64,000 nucleotides of DNA from assembly GCF_009914755.1 (NCBI RefSeq), contig NC_060927.1. The stretch is one strand, 5' to 3'. Below the pieces are notes generated by a model. The model ran no database searches, was not told where the DNA came from, and saw only the letters and a program-made list of their open reading frames with translations. This document shows positions 30,161-42,340 of the stretch, piece after piece (positions within the stretch are counted from its first letter, which is position 1; the number at the start of each line of letters is the position of its first letter). This DNA comes from the human T2T-CHM13v2.0 reference genome, Homo sapiens. A program made the position numbers and the translations under genes.

Positions 30161-31084
30161 AACTCTTTTCTGTCTGGGATAAACAATGATCTTGTTATTA
30201 TTATTATTTCAGATCTCTCGACTCACTGTGTGTTTTCAGATGGTGTTATCAATATATAACTAGAGCAAAAAAATGCAGATGTGTTTCTGTAATGAGGTGA
30301 ATTCTAGAATACAATGTTTTTCTCCAAAATATTTTAATTCATTTTAAAGAAAGAGGAAACGAAAAACATGCTCTTTCCCTAATTATCTGTGATTTTTTTT
30401 CCCTTGAAAGCAAAAGTACTGACATCGCATTCTAAGTGTTCAGTGCCAGCGGACCCAGTTGATGTGTTTCTCCCCACCCAGGCTTGGTTAGGATTCTGTT
30501 AAGGTATTATTGAAACACTACAAACACATTAAGAATGTGAGGCTTTCAGCATATGCATATTGCTGCTGCTCTGTATATAGATTTTTTTCTTTTCTAAATC
30601 CCTGCAGGCATTAATTTTAAGAAAGCCTACTGGATTCAGTGTATTTTAATTAAAATACAAAATGAATATGGAGTAAAGGTTGGCACTTTGGTCAGTTTCC
30701 CTAATATGCTGTCTGCATTGTATCTTCTGAGTTCCAATCTCCATGTGTTTAAATGAAGACCCAGGATGACTGGGTCTTGGTTTGATGTCATGGTCTTTTT
30801 CACCATGCCTTTTGCGTGGGTCAAAAAAAAATTAAGTGGTGGAATTATTTTTTTAAAAAATTCAAAAGTTTTAAATTTGGGTAGGCTAACACATTTTAAT
30901 CAGAATATTATGGAGATGATGTTATGATTCCAAGCAAAAAATGAACACACATCTACTTGCCAAATGAATAATAAAATGACTCTGTTGAGCTCAACATTCC
31001 AACGCTGGAGGTTGGAAGAGGGAGGAGTGCAGCTAGCTCATTTGGGACCATGAGTGTTGCTTATTGCAGCTATGACTGGAGGGG

Positions 31085-31245
31085 GATTTATGTACTTGTC
31101 CAATGTCTAGGTCTCTTTCCAGTGTAGACTCTATCAGGATGGAGACAGCATCTGTTGCCTTCTTTGTTGATGTAACTACAGGGATAAGCCAGTATCTGCA
31201 GCTAAATAGACATTTGATAAATAAATATTGAATACATGAATGTAT
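31085..31245 (+). mobile_element. L2 3' tail
   Basis: tagactctatcaggatggagacagcatctg...catttgataaataaatattgaatacatgaatg. Confidence 0.7.
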
Positions 31246-31397
31246 TCTGGAAATAGAGCTTTCATCTTCAGATATGTCTGTCAAGAAATAGCTTTCCTTT
31301 GATCAAATATTCTTTTGGCTTTTGTAAAATTAAAATTTGAATTGTACAAAGTAACACCTGAATCCATCCTCCTTGGACAACATTAGAACATGACTGA

Positions 31398-34030
31398 TAT
31401 TTCTGGTTCCAGCAAAGGAGTATCTCCATTACCCCTTGCTTCTCCCTCTTGTAACTAAAAACATTTAGATATCACATAACAAATGAGCGTAGGAAGACTT
31501 TGAAAGATGGGAGAAGACAGACGGCCTGCGGACCTTTGCACTTGAGGAACAGCATGGCTGTGGGTCCTCTGAGTTTCCTTGTTACTTCTCACACATTATG
31601 AACAGAGTGCTCCAGAAGCCTGCCACCTGGACCTCTAATGGGTACAGACTGCAAGAAAAGCCTGTTCCTCCTAGACAAAGGACGAGGAAAAGGGTGGCCT
31701 AATAGCATAAAATCTTTTGGGTGATATTCACCCAGTAGCAGCCAAGGACCAATGGAAATACTAATTATCCAACCCCCTGAAATGATCTTCGCATGCTCCT
31801 AACTAGCAGAAGCAAGCAGCATTGCTTCCATTCCCCCACCTGGTGGTGTCAGCGGAAATGAGCAAGGAGCTAATCGCTCCTTGCCTGATGGAAGCAGCAG
31901 CGCTCAGGTTCTCCCACTGGGTGGTGTTTGCATGGCTGAGCAGGAACCCAATCTTCCATTTCCTCCTTGGTGGAAGTAGGCAGTGCTCCTGTTCCCCTGT
32001 CAGAGTACTGTCAGTGGGGGCCACTAGTGAAACGAGCCTCCACTCCTGCCCAGCATCAGCAAGACTGAACAAGGCAATGCAAGTTGGGGGTAGTCAGCTT
32101 TCTGTTTTCTTCCATTCTAGTGGTGAGCTGTGCTTACACTCCCACCCAGCATCATCAAGACTGAATACGGCGATGAAAGTTTGGGCTATCAACATTCCTT
32201 CTCCTATGCCGATGAGGAGCTGGACCTCCACACCCACCCAGCAGCAGTGAGACTAAATGGGATGTTGTAAAGCAGAGCTAGCTATCATTTTGATTTTGGC
32301 CCACTCCCAGTCCCCCACCAGTGTCAGTGGGACCCATCTGGCATCAGTGAGACTCATCAAGGTTGTCTTGTTCAGGGCTTTTGGGTGGTCCCAGTTAACT
32401 AACCTCCCCAAGGACGATATTTCTTCTTTGGTTTGATTTGCATCAGAGGTGAGTCTTAGGTGCTGCCATCTGATGCGCAGGCAGCTTATTCTGGCAGTCC
32501 TCTGACAGCATGCTCAGCAGTAGCAGGCTGGTGGCCTGGGCCAGACACAGTCAGGGGTCAGGCCCACCCAACCAGGAGGGTCTCCATCTGGAGACCATTC
32601 TCAGAGTTGAGGGGATTCTTCCCCCTTTCTTATGCTTGTATTCAGTCCAGGCCAGTTTCCAAGTGTTTCTTTCATAAAGAAAGTTTAAGCTATTCTAGTA
32701 AGGGTAAGCTTCGTTTTAAGGTTTATGAAAGTTGCATCTGTGCTAGGCGGCCTTATCTTTAGGGTAACCAGGATTTATAGGTCCAGTTGTCATAGAGACC
32801 CACTAATCCCTGGGCTAGGTTGGAAATCCCCAGGCCAGGTTTCATCATACTTCTAATGGACATGTAGTGTAAGCCCAGCAGGATGTTTGATTAGGCCTAT
32901 GGCTGACATTAATCCTATAACCACAGTATGCCTTTTATAGTATACTACAAAGTTGATGGGAGGTAGGGCTACTCAGTCTCCCCAGCCCCAGTGTGAGTGG
33001 GACTCAGTGGGTTTCCACTCTACCTAGCATCAATGAAGTGGAACAAGGTAGTGGGAAACAACCAGTCAGCACTCCACTCCCCTGCCCTTTGGGGTCAGTA
33101 ACTCAGAATGGTCCTAGTTCTGCAGGGAGAGAAGCAACTTTCGTATGCATTCTGCACCAACAAAGATTGTGTCATCTCTCCGATCCTGCGTGCCTCTGGT
33201 GTTAGTGGAGTCCCATGGGGAGCTGAGCTTTTACCTGAACTCAGCTCTAATGGGGAGCTGAGCTTACACCCCTGCAACTCAGGTGATGTGAATTGTAGCC
33301 CCATGTTCACTGGGAAGATGTCAGCAGGGCTGAGGGGAGAGCTGAACTTCCACCCCATTTAAATGCAATAAGGCAGTGTGACTCAGTGCTCCACTTTTGC
33401 TAAGGTAGTGTTGACAGGGCCCAGTGGGAAGCTAATGTACACTCCCACCCAGCCCTTCTGCCACACCTTGGCAGGGGGAATGCCTGCAAAATGAAGAGAT
33501 GAAATAGAATCCAGAGTCCCATAATGTAATATCCAAAATGTCCAGGATATAATAAAAATCACTCACCATACCAAGAATCCAGAGAAATCATAACTTTAAT
33601 AAGAAAAGACAATCCACATGAATCAGTAATGAATCAGATGTTGGAATTATCTAACAAGAATTTTAGAGAAGCTATTATATAAACACTTCAAGAAGCAATT
33701 ACAAATTCTCTGCAAACAAATGAAAATTAGAAAATCTTAGCCAAAAACAGAAGTAATTTAAAAGAGAACCAAGTGGAAATTATAGAAATGAAAAATACAG
33801 TCACCAAAATTAAGAAAAAACCTCACGGGTTACACTTACTAGTAGAGTGGGAACGACAGAGGATAGAATCAGTGAAATTGAGAACAGATCAACAGAAATT
33901 ATCCTAGAATTTACTTAGTTTGAAAAACAGAGAGACCTAAAGGATCTTTGGAATAATAACAAAAGAACTAGATTCACATCATCTGAGATCCAGAAGGAGA
34001 GAAGAGAATGAGACCAAAAAATAATGGCTA
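31398..34030 (+). mobile_element. Ancient L1M (L1MC/MD-type) 5'UTR and N-terminal ORF1, interrupted by a solo LTR; resumes at ~34780-34940
   Basis: Starts atttctggttcc; repeated gagctgagcttacacccc-type units; ORF1-like A-rich sequence (gaatcagatgttggaattatctaacaagaattttag, gatagaatcagtgaaattgagaacagatcaacagaaattatcc, aataatggct). Confidence 0.75.
32364..32949 (-). mobile_element. Solo LTR (ERVL-class by 5-bp TSD), subfamily not determined
   Basis: Minus strand starts TGTAGTATAC and ends AAGACA; flanks aaggt / aagtt; interrupts the L1M 5'UTR repeat array. Confidence 0.7.
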
Positions 34031-34767
34031 AACAAACATATTAAAAAAAACTCATCATCACTGGTCATTAGAAAAATGCAAATCAAAACCACAATGAGAT
34101 AACATCTCACGCCAGTTAGAATGGCATTTATTAAAAAGTCAGAAAACAACAGATGCTGTTGAGGCTGTGGAGAAATAGGAACACTTTTACACTGTTGGTG
34201 GGAGTGTAAATTAATTCAACCATTGTGGAAGACAGTGTGGTTATTCCTCAGGGATCTAGAACCAGAAATACCATTTGACCCAGCAATGCCATTACTGGGT
34301 ATAGACCCAAAGGATTGTAAATCATTCTACTATAAAGACACATGCACACATATGTTTATTGCAGCACTATTTACAATAGCAAAGACGTGGAACCAACCCA
34401 AATGCCCATCAATGATAGACTGGCTAAAGAAAATGTGGCACATATACACCATGGAATACTATGCAGCCATAAAAAAGAATAGAGTCCATGTCCTTTGCAG
34501 GGACATGGTTGAAGCTGGAAGCCATCATTCTCAGCAAACTAACACAAGAACAGAAAACCAAACACTGCGTGTTCTCACTCATAAGTGGGAGTTGAACAAT
34601 GAGAATACATAGACACAGGGAGGGCAACATCACACCCTGGGGCCTGTCGGGGGTGGGGAGCAAGGGGAGGGAGAGCATTAGGACAAATATGTAAGGCATG
34701 CGGGGCTTAAAACCTAGATGACGGGTTGATACATGCAGCAAACCACCATGGCACATGTATACCTATG
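34031..34767 (+). mobile_element. L1PA8-like ORF2 end and 3'UTR, truncated at both ends
   Basis: ORF WKTVWLFLRDLEPEIPFDPA...; 3'UTR 'gggagagcattaggacaaat...gcatgcggggcttaaaacctagatgacgggttgat'; no poly(A). Confidence 0.9.
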
Positions 34768-37124
34768 AAAGGTATACACATCAGAAGAAACAAGACAATT
34801 ATACTTAAAGAGTGAAGAGGTTAAAGGGACCTAAATGCAAGTAAGGCTTCTGCGCTTCATTAGAAGTGGTAGAACATCTGTTACAGTAGGCTCCAATAAA
34901 TTATGCGTACATATTGTCACACCTAGAGCAACCACTATTTCAAATTGGTAATTCTCCTTTTTGGCATTTTTCAAATCATGGTAATACACTTGTATTCCTT
35001 CCAAAATGGGTAGTATTGGCTTGTGAGGATTTTACCTAAATGGTTACATACTCTACATGGCATTCTGCAATTTGCTTTTTTATTCAATAGTTTTTTCAAT
35101 GAGCCGTCGTAACGACTGTGTTTGCTATGAATGCACCACTTCATTTTTCTGTCCCTTTATTGAGAGACCTTTTTCAAGACATTTTCCCAGACTTAAGCCA
35201 TCACAGGCAATGCACAATGGGCATGCTTGTTGAAGGCTCCTTCATTCCATGTGTGTGTTTTTGGTTTTGAATTTTTCTAAGTAAAATAAAACCCCTTGGG
35301 TATTTTCCCGTGTGTTGTTTCCTTGGCTCATTCTGGCCCATCTGTTAAGTCAGGTTCTTGCAGCTCCCACTTAGCTGGGAATAGCTTTTCTGGAAATGTG
35401 AGCTCTAAGAGACTCAGATGCATTCCTGCATTATGGTAGGCCTTCAGCCAAGGGGTGCCGATATTGCCAGTCACTCCTCCTAGACCTCAAGGATGTTCAA
35501 GAAATCTTTTCATAATGTCCAAGGAGCCCTGATTACACACTGATCCATATCTTTGAGGATGCCTGGGACCACAAGGAAATTCACTTTTTTACCATCTTCC
35601 TTTCTTCACTCTCTTTATTCATTGCAGCATGGATGAACATGAACTCTTGGATTTTTCTGGTCAAACATGATGGTTAGGAAACCAAGTGGATGGTGACCAG
35701 AGGTGCCAACACTGCAGTCAGGTAACAAGGAAGACAGACACTCATTGGCTGAGAGTGTTTGCAGTTGGTGCACTGTCACATGGCAGGGGGTGGGCAGACA
35801 GTATGGATGCTTAGCAGTTCTTTGATGAGGTAGGAGGATGATGCATAGATAGAGATATTTACACAGTGTATATATGAGTTCTGTAGAGGCTTGTTTAATG
35901 CAGATATTAGAAACAACTAGAGTTATAAAAAAAACTAAAGTTTCTCTGAAGATGAAGGCTTGTTAACTCCATGAAAAGGGTTATAGAAGTGCAGAAGAGT
36001 CACTCCTTTATAATTACTATAATGCTCTTTGCATGAGGAAAACTGGTTGGTTTCTAAGTGAATCTTTCTTATAGCTCCCTTGTGGGCTACTTCCTAAGTA
36101 TGAAATAATTCATTTTAAAATGATATGTGAAGTATGTAAAATAATTGTAATATAATTACATAGTGAAATAATTTAGAAGCTGATATGTAAGGGGTTTTAG
36201 TTACTAATTTGTGTTTCATGATATGCCTTAGGATGGGTGATTTACCTTTACCAACCAAAATAAGGACCACGAAGACTTTTACAAATAATTGTCAGTTCCA
36301 AAAACCTTCCTGAAAAAGTGTTGCTTTGGGAAATCAAGATGACCTTTCATGGCAGATTTTAGAGCAACTCCCTGGGCGATGGAAAAGCTCTTTGAGAAAT
36401 CAAAGTGTAATTAATGCACATTTCTTTGTTTAAAGGAACGACTGAATTGAATTATTATTAAAAGCATATAAGGTGGCCTGTCTTTTGTAGCTAGGGCATT
36501 TAGATGACTAAATTATGACAAAGGGAGTATTGTATTTATCAGCTATTATCATTCTAAATTTGCATAAAAGTAATCATAATAGTGAGAGACATTAAGTGCA
36601 TTAATTATCCATTAAAGGGGTAATTTAACAATCATTAAGGGAGGCACTAATAGATTGGTGATCATCTTTACAAATGATGTACTTGATCTAAGCTTTATAT
36701 AACACCAAAAGATTAATCTGCCATTTTTACTTTGGTAGAATATACATTTTGTTTTAGTTTTCTGGTAGCTTCTGGTAAGAATTGAATATTGGAATGAATG
36801 AGCAAGCATACATTTTGTACCTCCTATAACTCTGCAGAAGGTATGTGGGAATACAAGTGCCCAATCAGTCGACCAGGTGTGGATTGATCACCTTGGCTGG
36901 ATGGATTTCATTTCCACCTGCCATTTTGAGAAACCTTGCCATTGTCTCAAGAGCAGCAGCTGTAAAAGCAGCCTCACTGCTCTCCTCAGTGTCCCTATCC
37001 CATTGATCCTATGGCAGTTGGGGGTGCCCACCTCCCATCTTCGGGTTATCACAGCTAGCAGCCTAGAGCCACGTTTGTCCAGCTAATCTCATGTCTTATT
37101 TTGAAATATTTTGTCTCCTTTGAG

Positions 37125-37600
37125 GTTACTGTGCTTGCAAATTAAGGAAACCCACTCAAGCTAGCCTACATAAAGGAGGGTGTGTGTGTGTGTGTGTGTG
37201 TGTTTGTGTGTGAAGATAGAGAATTAGCTCATGGATCTCAAGGGCAGCAGAATAATCAGGCCTCCTGAGGGCTTCGGGCAGGGAAGAAGAGAGTTCTTAG
37301 CAACCAAGGCAGTCTCTGTCACCCACAAGCACTTATGGCTTTCCTGTCAGCCTCTTTGCAGACCTGGTTTCTCTGCTGTGCCAGAAAGTGACTCCTGCCC
37401 CCTGAATTTCTGTGTCTTTTTGAGGCCAGTGCTGGCAGTCCATGGGCTGGAGGGTTTGAGTCCCACTCCCAGATTTTTAGGAGGGAGAAACAGTGGGTGG
37501 CTGTGTTTTCGTGGTGCTACCACGCCTGGTTCAAGAAGCCATGGCCAGGGGACAGGCTTGTGTCATAAAGCATGGCTTGGGGGAGGCAGTCACAGAGGAG
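37125..37600 (-). mobile_element. Old MaLR LTR (MLT1 family) with (TG)n at 37180-37212
   Basis: ggttactgtgcttgcaaattaaggaaacccactcaagctagcct resembles a reverse MLT1 terminus. Confidence 0.55.
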
Positions 37601-37689
37601 GCTTGCCCTTGACCTCTAGGAAATACACTTTCCTCATGATGGGAGACTGAGTCCTCCTCACACATCAGGAAAGGGGGAACCAGCTCTCA

Positions 37690-38340
37690 CTGTTTTCCTT
37701 CCATCCCGTCTGCCCTCTCTCCCCCTCCCTGCCCCACAACTGTCTGCAGTGCTTCTCCAATGTGACATTTATATTGTGTCACCATCACATTTAATAAGCT
37801 GAGGTTGTTTTGATACTCTGATACCCACAAATCCAAGTGTCCTGCTTGTGGTCAGGTGTTACTCTGACCTTGCCTGGCCAGCCTCGCATTCAGTCACCTA
37901 TGGACCATCCCAGCACCCAGCAGGGCTGGCTTGTGCCCTCACCCTTTCCTTACCCACACCTTTACCCACTCCTTGACTGGGATGCCCTGATCTCTCTCCT
38001 CTCTAGTAAAGGAGATCCAGCCCAGCCCAGTGGACCTGGGGTTAGCCCTGTAATGCATGAATGGTTATACCTACCTTAAAGGATTAGTATAAATGCCACC
38101 CAGCTCTGACCTTTCTCCTGTGGGCTGACAGCTGTGTTAGGAGGGATATAAGCAGTAGTAGTTGTTTTTCTTTAAGGCTCAGATGAAACCCACCCTCTGG
38201 AGGAAGCCCACCCTAACCATGTTCTTTTCTATCTTCAAACTGCTTTTATTAGCAAACAACTATTCTGTAAGATGTACTGGTTGTCCTGAGCTCCCTTTCT
38301 GAATTGCAGACTTTTCAAGGGTAGGAATGGTGTCTTCTAT
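37690..38340 (+). mobile_element. L2 relic(s), interrupted at the tail by an L1PA
   Basis: gaattgcagacttttcaagggtaggaatggtgtcttct, continuing after the L1 as attcattgcac. Confidence 0.5.
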
Positions 38341-38343
38341 TTC

Positions 38344-39546
38344 TTTTTAAAAAAATTATTTTTATTTTTATTATACTTTAAGTTTTAGGGTACATGTACA
38401 CAACATGCAGCTTAGTTACATATGTATACATGTGCCATGCTGGTGTGCCGCACCCATTAACTCGTCATTTAACATTAGGTATATCTCCTAATGCTATCCC
38501 TCCCTGCTCCCCTCCGCCCACAACAGGCCCTGGTGTGCGATATTCCCCTTCCTGTGTCCATGTGTTCTCATTGTTCAATTCCCACCTATGAGTGAGAACA
38601 TGCGGTGTTTGGTTTTTTGTCCTTGCGATAGTTTGCTGAGAATGATGGTTTCCAGCTTCATCCATGTCCCTACAAAGGACATGAACTCATCATTTTTTAT
38701 GGCTGCATAGCATTCCATGGTGTATATGTGCCACATTTTCTTAATCCAGTCTATCATTGTTGGACATTTGGCTTGGTTCCAAGTCTTTGCTATCGTGAAT
38801 AGTGCCACCGTAAACATACGTGTGCATGTGTCTTTATAGCAGCATGATTTATAGTCCTTTGGGTATATACCCAGTAATGGGATGGCTGGGTCAAATGGTA
38901 TTTCTAGTTCTAGATCCCTGAGGAATCGCCACACTGACTTCCACAATGGTTGAACTAGTTTACAGTCCCACCAACAGTGTAAAAGTGTTCCTATTTCTCC
39001 ACATCTTCTCCAGCACCTGTTGTTTCCTGGCTCTTTAATGATTGCCATTCTAACTGGTGTGAGATGGTATCTCATTGTGGTTTTGATTTGCATTTCTCTG
39101 GTGGCCAGTGATGATGAGCATTTTCTCATGTGTCTTTTGGCTACATAAATGTCTTCTTTTGAGAAGTGTGTGTTCATATCCTTCACCCACTTTTTGTTGG
39201 GGTTGTTTGTTTTTTTCTTGTAAATTTTTGGAGTTCATTGTAGATTCTGGATATTAGCCCTTTGTCAGATGAGTAGATTGCAAAAATTTTCTCCCATTCC
39301 GTAGGTTGCCTGTTCACTCTGATGGTAGTTTCTTTTGCTGTGCAGAAGCTGTTTAGTTTAATTATATCCCATTTGTCAATTTTGGCTTTTGTTGCCATTG
39401 CTTTTGGTGTTTTAGATATGAAGTCCTTGCCCATGCCTATGTCCTGAATGGTATTGCCTAGGTTTTCTTGTAGGGTTTTTATGGTTTTAGGTCTAACATT
39501 TAAAAATGTCTTTAATCCATCTTGAATTAATTTTTGTATAAGGTGT
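38344..39546 (-). mobile_element. 5'-truncated L1PA4-like element (~1.2 kb)
   Basis: T-rich tail; 3'UTR 'aatgttaaatgacgagttaatggg'; ORF2 C-terminus ...[10 protein letters not shown] (ORF 38575-39186). Confidence 0.95.
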
Positions 39547-39850
39547 ATAATTCATTGCACTCAACACTCATTTCTTCATCATTAAACAAATGTGTTCTAG
39601 TTCAATTCAAAAAACATTTCTAAGTGCCTTTTATGTGCCAGGTATCATTCATTGAAAAGATTATCCGTTACCCAACAGGGGCCCATGGGCTGAATGAATA
39701 ATGACGAATGATATATTTGATTGGCATGGAAATGACACAGAAACTGTCATATTCAAGTCTCTACTTATGCATTGTTTTATACTGGCTGTTGAACAAAGAA
39801 AACCACAAAGACCTGTTCCCTTTGCTCAAATATGCTTAAATAATTTAAAA

Positions 39851-39979
39851 CTTTTTTTAGAGATGGAGGTCTTACGACTGTGTTGCCCAGGCTGGTCTTG
39901 AACTCCTGGGTTCAAGCAATCCTCCTGCCTCTGCCTCCTAAGTAGCAAGGACTATAGATGTGTACCACCGTGTCCAGCT
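39851..39979 (-). mobile_element. FLAM / free left Alu monomer
   Basis: Monomer-length reverse Alu; TSD ata(t/c)gcttaaat. Confidence 0.85.
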
Positions 39980-40039
39980 CATACGCTTAAATTGTTGATA
40001 TGGACTTAAGTAGTGGCTATATCTAGTGGTCTCTATAGG

Positions 40040-40495
40040 ATAATTCACAGTACCCATTCCATCTGCCTTCTCCCTTGCCTCATTCCCCTTGATCTCTCAG
40101 CCTCCCTTGCATCTCTGAATGCTCATGTGGCCTAGTTTTGGCCAATGAGACATTGGCAGAAGCTTCTAGAGAATGCTTCTTCCATCACATAAAAGCATAC
40201 ATTTTATAAAGAGGGCCCTTTACTCCTTCTCCCTTCCTTTGGCCTGGAGCACAGATGCTGTGCTTGGAGGTGTAGCAGCCATTCTGCTACTATGAAGATG
40301 AAAGCCACAGACTAAAGATGGTGGGCTTGGAAGATGGAATCTGGTACATCAATGATGTGCTTCAACAGCTCCACTTTCCCTTAACTGTCCACTTGTGAAC
40401 ATCATTATCCTTGAGAAAAACAAAGATCTTACTTGTTTAAGCCATGGTGGGGTGGCTTTTCTGCTCCTTGCAGCTGAACGCGCTGTCAATGGGCT
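40040..40495 (+). mobile_element. MLT1J-like MaLR LTR
   Basis: ttttggccaatgaga..., gcagccattctgctactatgaagatgaaagcc, cttgtttaagcca...ttgcagctgaacgc. Confidence 0.75.
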
Positions 40496-42029
40496 GATAT
40501 TCATGTAGCAGCATCAAATCTTTAGCTGAAGAGTGATAAGAATTCATGCTGTGTGGTTCATGTAGCTTAATTCAGTAGTTCCCTAAGTCAGCCTTTACTC
40601 ATCCATTAATCCAATCAGCCATCTAGGTGTCCATTCAATATGTGTGAACAGGCGAAGGGCCCTGCCTATGTACAGCACTCAGCCAGGTCTTCTGAGAAAC
40701 AGAGGGTCCTGTCGTACCCGTCGCCAGCCTCTTCATGAGTCGCTATTTGAGATGAGGGTCAGAGACTAAATGGGGACAGAACTCAAGATTTTGGTTGCTT
40801 ATGAAACCCATTCCACCATATGGTAGCCTCTTGGGAATTTATGCCCCACATCTCCCTGGGTCTGCCTTGTCTGTAGAAATGGCTGTTAATACCTACCTAG
40901 AAGAGGGGGCTAAATGGAACTTTTAAAGGTGTAATGTACTGGAAACTCCTGGCTCACAGTAGGTGCTGAATAAAGTTAATGGAGAAAGTAGCAAAGGGAA
41001 ACTCTTGCAGAACAACACCTTGAATAAACTTCTCTTATTTTATTGGTGAAAGAGACAACATATAGTCGGGGGATATGGGGCAGCTTTATATGCCAGAAGC
41101 AGCCTCTGGGGAATTCAGGCTAGACCAGGAATTCTTCCATACAGCCAGCCATTTGCCTTTTCCTGTGGTTGTTTAGTTTTGTCATATGAAGTGTATGCAT
41201 GTCTGTGTGTGGTGGGTGGGCAGGCACAGTAATGAGGCAAAATTCACTTTAGGCAGCGTCTTAGATTGTGGTACATTTGTTGCAAAACTTATGATTGGCA
41301 GGTTGCAGTTTCTGTATATTTGGATCCCCATGTAAAATTGCTCCTTGTCCATAGCTGTTAATTCTTTTGGGCTTCTTCACTAGGAAGAATTAGAGAGTTG
41401 GCAGGGGGACAGGGCCTCCTGGATTGGGTATGCTTTCTTCCTCTCACCTGACATGTCCACCAAGTGTTTTCCTGGTGGAGCAGACAGATCCTTGGCCGAC
41501 GAGCCTGGCATTTGCTCTGCTTCCCATCTGCAGACATGCCGGTGGGGATTTGGCATTCCTTCCTCACTGGGTCGGCTACATTGTGTTCAGCCTTCACATT
41601 CGTCTCTTGCCATGTCTTGTCTTGAATGCAGATAGAAAAACTTGGGAAGGAAAACAAGTTTCACGGTTTCTTCCTTTGATTTGAGTCATCGGTCATAGAT
41701 CAAAGTGACCGCAAAGTCATCTTTGCTTTGTAGAGTTCTATTGCAAAACATGCTGCTGTTTTGTTTTGTTGGGAAGGGCATGGGGAGGATTTGGCTTTTA
41801 TTTACTCTGATTCTCTTTGCTTCTGGACTTCCTCATTGTGTTGCTCAACATTTGCAGCGAACTTGAAAGCACCAGGGGATGGCCACTATATCCCAGCAAG
41901 GCAAGGAAGGAGTGGAGACCCGGACCACATTTTGTTTATCAAAGGCAATGGGTATGACACCGCATTTCCCCCTTATCTATTTCCTTCTTCTTTTCAGCAC
42001 TTCCCAGTGAATTTCCTTGGTTGAAAATA

Positions 42030-42340
42030 TTAACCAAGGTGCCCAGCTGTCTCCTAGCCAGAGGGGACCTGTGATCCAAACCTGGCCTGTTAGAGTCTCC
42101 CAGGAATTTAATTTGAGGAAAATGTCCCAGACACCTTTTTTTCTAGCATCTTCCTTACCACATTAATGAGCAATTCCTGCTTACTTGGAAATTCAGGGTG
42201 GCCCTAGTCCCTTATTTCTCAAGTCTTGGTTCTCCAGCCTTGTTGATTCTGTGAGGTCCCCTGTGTGTTTTCAAAACATTCCCTGTTAGTTTAAGTTGCC
42301 ATAATCAGTGTCTTTTGCTTGCAACCAAAGAACCCTGGTG
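42030..42340 (+). mobile_element. LTR33-like ERVL LTR relic
   Basis: tgtgatccaaacctggcctgttagagtc...agtttaagttgccataatcagtgtcttttgcttgcaaccaaagaaccctg. Confidence 0.55.

Noticed and set aside
30190-30302. Possible exon (ttattatttcag acceptor ... gag|gtgaat donor)
   Set aside because: Such signals are frequent by chance; no ORF, partner exons or transcript evidence.
37231-37650. 139-aa ORF, and other 100-140-aa ORFs at 16964, 22487, 31822, 43723 and 51459
   Set aside because: No recognisable domain; most lie in LTR, L1 or low-complexity sequence or begin at non-ATG starts; lengths are compatible with chance.
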